From: Dendrobates tinctorius
Taxonomy: Eukaryota
Assembly: GCF_039654945.1 (NCBI RefSeq)
Contig: NW_027361804.1
Coordinates: forward strand, 4,154,001 to 4,218,000
Length of the DNA stretch: 64,000 nucleotides
Reading direction: 5' to 3'
In this document: in pieces, positions 59,087 through 64,000 of the stretch
Layout of the letters: each line of letters starts with the position of its first letter
Numbering within the stretch: the stretch's first letter is position 1
Notes under the pieces: generated by a model
What the model saw: only the letters and a program-made list of their open reading frames with translations
What the model was told of the DNA's origin: nothing
Databases searched by the model: none
Translations under genes and position numbers: made by a program

Positions 59087-59229
59087 CAGGGGTGTAATGA
59101 CAGTGGCTACAGAAGGTGCTCCCCTCCAGATCTGTGCTGGAGGGGAGCCGCCGACACCAGCGCCTATTTTAGCTGGATGTGAGTGTGAGGGGACTAAGTT
59201 TAAATTTTGCACTGGGGCCCACTGGACTG
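59087..59229. mobile_element. Short hAT-like non-autonomous insertion
   Basis: CAG...CTG termini; 8-bp TSD GTCCACAG/GTCCAAAG (1 mismatch). Confidence 0.6.
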
Positions 59230-59247
59230 GTCCAAAGGACAACTTTT

Positions 59248-59461
59248 AGGCCGAGGTCACACTTGCGAGTACAATGCGAGAAACTCGCGCAAGTCTCTCG
59301 CATCAATACCCGGCACTGCCGCCGGCACTCGGACTGGAGTCGGGGGTTGCATGTACTTCTATGCAGCCACACACTCCGATCCCGAGTGCCGGTGGCAGTG
59401 CCGGGTATTGATGCGAGAGACTTGCGCAAGTTTCTCGCATTGTACTCGCAGGTCTGACCTT
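59248..59461. mobile_element. Palindromic MITE (T2/Kolobok-like)
   Basis: Long inverted arms tgcgagtacaatgcgagaaact...agtttctcgcattgtactcgca; TTAG on both flanks. Confidence 0.85.
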
Positions 59462-60590
59462 AGTCGTATACTTCCAAAATCTTGTCTTTATGGAAGAGTG
59501 GCAAGAAGACAGTTGTAAAAGCCACAAGAAGTCCCATTTACAGTTTGGGACACAGCAAGTATGTGGAAGTAGGGGCTCTGCTCAGATGAGACAAAAGGTG
59601 AACTTTTTGGGATAAATGCAAAATGCTGTGTGTGTTGGAAAATCAGCATTGCACATCACCCTGAAAATATCATCCCCACCATCACACATGGTGGTGACAG
59701 CATCATGCTGTGAGACAGTTTTTCTTCAGCAGGGTCAGGGTAACTGGTCAGAGTTGATGGGAAGATGGATGTATATAAATACAGAGAAATCCTAGAGGAA
59801 AACCTGTTAGAGGCTGCAAAAGACTTGAGAGTGAGGCATAGGTTTACCTTCCTGCATGACAACGACTCTAAACCTCCTGCCTACAATTAGATCAGAGCAT
59901 ATTCATGTGTGTGAAGGGCACAGTCCAGACCCAAATCCCAGAGAATCTGTGACAAGACTTGAAAATTACTGATCAGAAACGTCTCCATCCAACGTCACTG
60001 AGCGAGAGGGAAAAGAAGAAGGGGTAAATGTCAACTCTAGATGAACAAGGCTGGAGACACAGACCCCAAAAGACTGCAGCAGTGACTGCAGGGAAAGGAG
60101 GTCCCACAAAGTACTGACCCAGGGGATGAAGACAATTTTCAGATATATATTCTTATATTAATTGGGAAACCGCGTATCATTTCCTTTACACGTCACAAAT
60201 GCTCATTATTTTGCATTGGTATCACAGAGAATCCCTGTAAAGTTCACGGGGTATGAAGACTTATTCAAGGCAATGTGTATAGTAAAATGTATACTATACA
60301 GTGTGAAAGCAAAGCAGGATAACACCCATCACCATGGGAAGTGCAGTGGGCGGGGCCTGATCACTGGCCATTGGTAATGCTGTCAGAGTTGTGACACTGC
60401 AAGGGGGGAGGGGATGGATGGTTGTTGTGATTGAGCTCAGTCTGGGACTTCTTCCATAAAGATCAGGAAGGATCAGACACCAAACATCACAAAGGTCTGT
60501 GACTGCTCCTGTGTGCAGAACCCTAATATGTCCCCTCCCAATACTAACCACCGAACTATCACCCCACATCCTGTGCCCTGAGTGTCCGTC

Positions 60591-63500
60591 CATATACACT
60601 GCACAGTACCACTCCTCCTGTATATATACACTGCACAGTACCACTCCTCCTGTATATATACACTGCACAGTACTGCTCCTCCTGTATATATACACTGCAC
60701 AGTACCACTCCTCCTGTATATATACACTGCACAGTACCGCTCCTCCTGTATATATACACTGCACAGTACCGCTCCTCCTGTATATATACACTGCACAGTA
60801 CCACTCCTCCTGTATATATACACTGCACAGTACCGCTCCTCCTGTATATATACTGCACAGTACCACTCCTCCTGTATATATACACTGCACAGCACCGCCC
60901 CTCCTGTATATATACACTGCACAGTACTGCTCCTCCTGTATATATACACTGCACAGTACCGCTCCTCCTGTATATATACTGCACAGTACCACTCCTCCTG
61001 TATATATACACTGCACAGTACCACTCCTCCTGTATATATACACTGCACAGTGCCACTCCTCCTGTATATATATACTGCACAGTACCGCTCCTCCTGTATA
61101 TATACACTGCACAGTACCACTCCTCCTGTATATATACACTGCACAGTACCGCTCCTCCTGTATATATACTGCACAGTACCACTCCTCCTGTATATATACA
61201 CTGCACAGTACCACTCCTCCTGTATATATATACTGCACAGTACCGCTCCTCCTGTATATATACACTGCACAGTACCACTCCTCCTGTATATATACACTGC
61301 ACAGTACCGCTCCTCCTGTATATATACTGCACAGTACCACTCCTCCTGTATATATACACTGCACAGTACCACTCCTCCTGTATATATATACTGCACAGTA
61401 CCGCTCCTCCTGTATATATACACTGCACAGTACCACTCCTCCTGTATATATACACTGCACAGTACCACTCCTCCAGTATATATACACTGCACAGTACCAC
61501 TCCTCCTGTATATACACTGCACAGTACCGCTCCTCCTTTATATATACACTGCACAGTACCGCTCCTCCTGTATATATACACTGCACAGTACCACTCCTCC
61601 TGTATATATACCGCACAGTACCACTCCTCCTGTATATATACACTGCACAGTACCGCCCCTCCTGTATATATACACTGCACAGTACCACTCCTCCTGTATA
61701 TATATACTGCACAGTACCACTCCTCCTGTATATATACACTGCACAGTACCACTCCTCCTGTATATATATACACTGCACAGTACCACTCCTCCTGTATATA
61801 TACACTGCACAGTACCACTCCTCCTGTATATATACACTGCACAGTACCACTCCTGTATATATACACTGCACAGTACCACTCCTCCTGTATATATACACTG
61901 CACAGTACCACTCCTCCAGTATATATACACTGCACAGTACCACTCCTCCTGTATATACACTGCACAGTACCACTCCTCCTGTATATATACACTGCACAGT
62001 ACCGCTCCTCCTGTATATATACACTGCACAGTACCACTCCTCCTGTATATATATACTGCACAGTACCACTCCTCCTGTATATATACACTGCACAGTACCA
62101 CTCCTCCTGTATATATACACTGCACAGTACCGCCCCTCCTGTATATATACACTGCACAGTACCACTCCTCCTGTATATATATACTGCACAGTACCACTCC
62201 TCCTGTATATATACACTGCACAGTACCACTCCTCCTGTATATATACACTGCACAGTACCACTCCTCCTGTATATATACACTGTACAGTACCACTCCTCCT
62301 GTATATATACACTGCACAGTACCACTCCTCCTGTATATATACACTGCACAGTACCGCTCCTCCTGTATATATACACTGCACAGTACCACTCCTCCTGTAT
62401 ATATACACTGCACAGTACCACTCCTCCTGTATATATACACTGCACAGGACCACTCCTCCTGTATATATACACTGCACAGTACCGCTCCTCCTGTATATAT
62501 ACACTGCACAGTACCGCTCCTCCTGTATATATACACTGCACGGTACCGCTCCTCCTGTATATATACACTGCACGGTACCGCTCCTCCTGTATATATACAC
62601 TGCACGGTACCGCTCCTCCTGTATATATACACTGCACGGTACCGCTCCTCCTGTATATATACACTGCACGGTACCGCTCCTCCTGTATATATACACTGCA
62701 CGGTACCGCTCCTCCTGTATATATATACTGCACGGTACCACTCCTCCTGTATATATACACTGCACGGTACCACTCCTCCTGTATATATACACTGCACGGT
62801 ACCACTCCTCCTGTATATATACACTGCACGGTACCACTCCTCCTGTATATATACACTGCACAGTACCACTCCTCCTGTATATATACACTGCACAGTACCA
62901 CTCCTCCTGTATATATACACTGCACAGTACCACTCCTCCTGTATATATACTGCACAGTACCGCTCCTCCTGTATATATACACTGCACAGTACCACTCCTC
63001 CTGTATATATACTGCACAGTACCACTCCTCCTGTATATATACTGCACAGAACCATTCCTCCTGTATATATATACTGCACAGTACCACTCCTCCTGTATAT
63101 ATACACTGCACAGTACCACTCCTCCTGTATATATATACTGCACAGTACCACTCCTCCTGTATATATATACTGCACAGTACCACTCCTCCTGTATATATAT
63201 ACTGCACAGTACCATTCCTCCTGTATATATATACTGCACAGTACCACTCCTCCTGTATATATACACTGCACGGTACCACTCCTCCTGTATATATACACTG
63301 CACGGTACCACTCCTCCTGTATATATACACTGCACAGTACCACTCCTCCTGTATATATACACTGCACAGTACCACTCCTCCTGTATATATACTGCACAGT
63401 ACCGCTCCTCCTGTATATATACACTGCACAGTACCACTCCTCCTGTATATATACTGCACAGTACCACTCCTCCTGTATATATACTGCACAGTACCATTCC

Positions 63501-64000
63501 TCCTGTATATATATACTGCACAGTACCACTCCTCCTGTATATATACACTGCACAGTACCACTCCTCCTGTATATATATACTGCACAGTACCATTCCTCCT
63601 GTATATATATACTGCACAGTACCACTCCTCCTGTATATATATACTGCACAGTACCATTCCTCCTGTATATATATACTGCACAGTACCACTCCTCCTGTAT
63701 ATATACACTGCACAGTACCACTCCTCCTGTATATATACACTGCACAGTACCACTCCTCCTGTATATATACACTGCACAGTACCACTCCTCCTGTATATAT
63801 ACACTGCACAGTACCACTCCTCCTGTATATATACACTGCACAGTACCACTCCTACTGTATATATACACTGCACAGTACCACTCCTCCTGTATATATACAC
63901 TGCACAGTACCGCTCCTCCTGTATATATATACTGCACAGTACCGCTCCTCCTGTATATATACACTGCACAGTACCGCTCCTCCTGTATATATATACTGCA
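60591..64000 (+). repeat. 32-bp minisatellite running off the window
   Basis: TATATATACACTGCACAGTACCACTCCTCCTG, >100 copies. Confidence 0.97.

Larger units (their letters stand above)
58670..60275 (+). mobile_element. Degenerate Tc1-like transposon (left end missing) with two nested insertions
   Basis: MKTKEPTRQVRDKV at 58797, CSDETK, HGGDSIML, FLHDNDSK motifs; TIR-like right end ...TTCAAGGCAATG. Confidence 0.85.

Noticed and set aside
60294-63969. 800-1180 aa ORFs on the minus strand
   Set aside because: All three frames are open because the 32-bp unit lacks stops on that strand; these are satellite translations.

Overview
Vertebrate genomic DNA, not prokaryotic; the repeat families suggest a hyloid, possibly dendrobatid, frog (inference). 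Two intact protein-coding genes lie in tandem on the minus strand in the human order. cecr2 has 19 coding exons (CDS 40541->14178, 1219 aa; DDT, AT-hook, bromodomain). slc25a18 has 9 coding exons (CDS 6113->1122, 304 aa; mitochondrial glutamate carrier). All exons were traced by hand with GT-AG boundaries and consistent phases. Many introns are either ~75-150 bp or almost filled by minisatellites, and most long ORFs in the track are translations of these repeats. Upstream of cecr2 lie: a 33-bp array with 34 perfect CRE palindromes starting ~165 bp from the ATG; a full-length but broken chromovirus (Tf1/sushi-type Gypsy) with a V-SINE inside; a scrambled second chromovirus within an AT-rich satellite; an L2 LINE 3' fragment; and a Tc1 remnant with nested MITEs. 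I see no novel protein-coding system. The best leads are non-coding: the CRE array at the cecr2 promoter, self-priming PBS complementarity in both chromoviruses, inverted 86-bp arrays bracketing cecr2 exons 5-16, an in-frame stop-free repeat intron inside the bromodomain, and a SINE/LINE pair sharing a structure-preserving 3' stem-loop.
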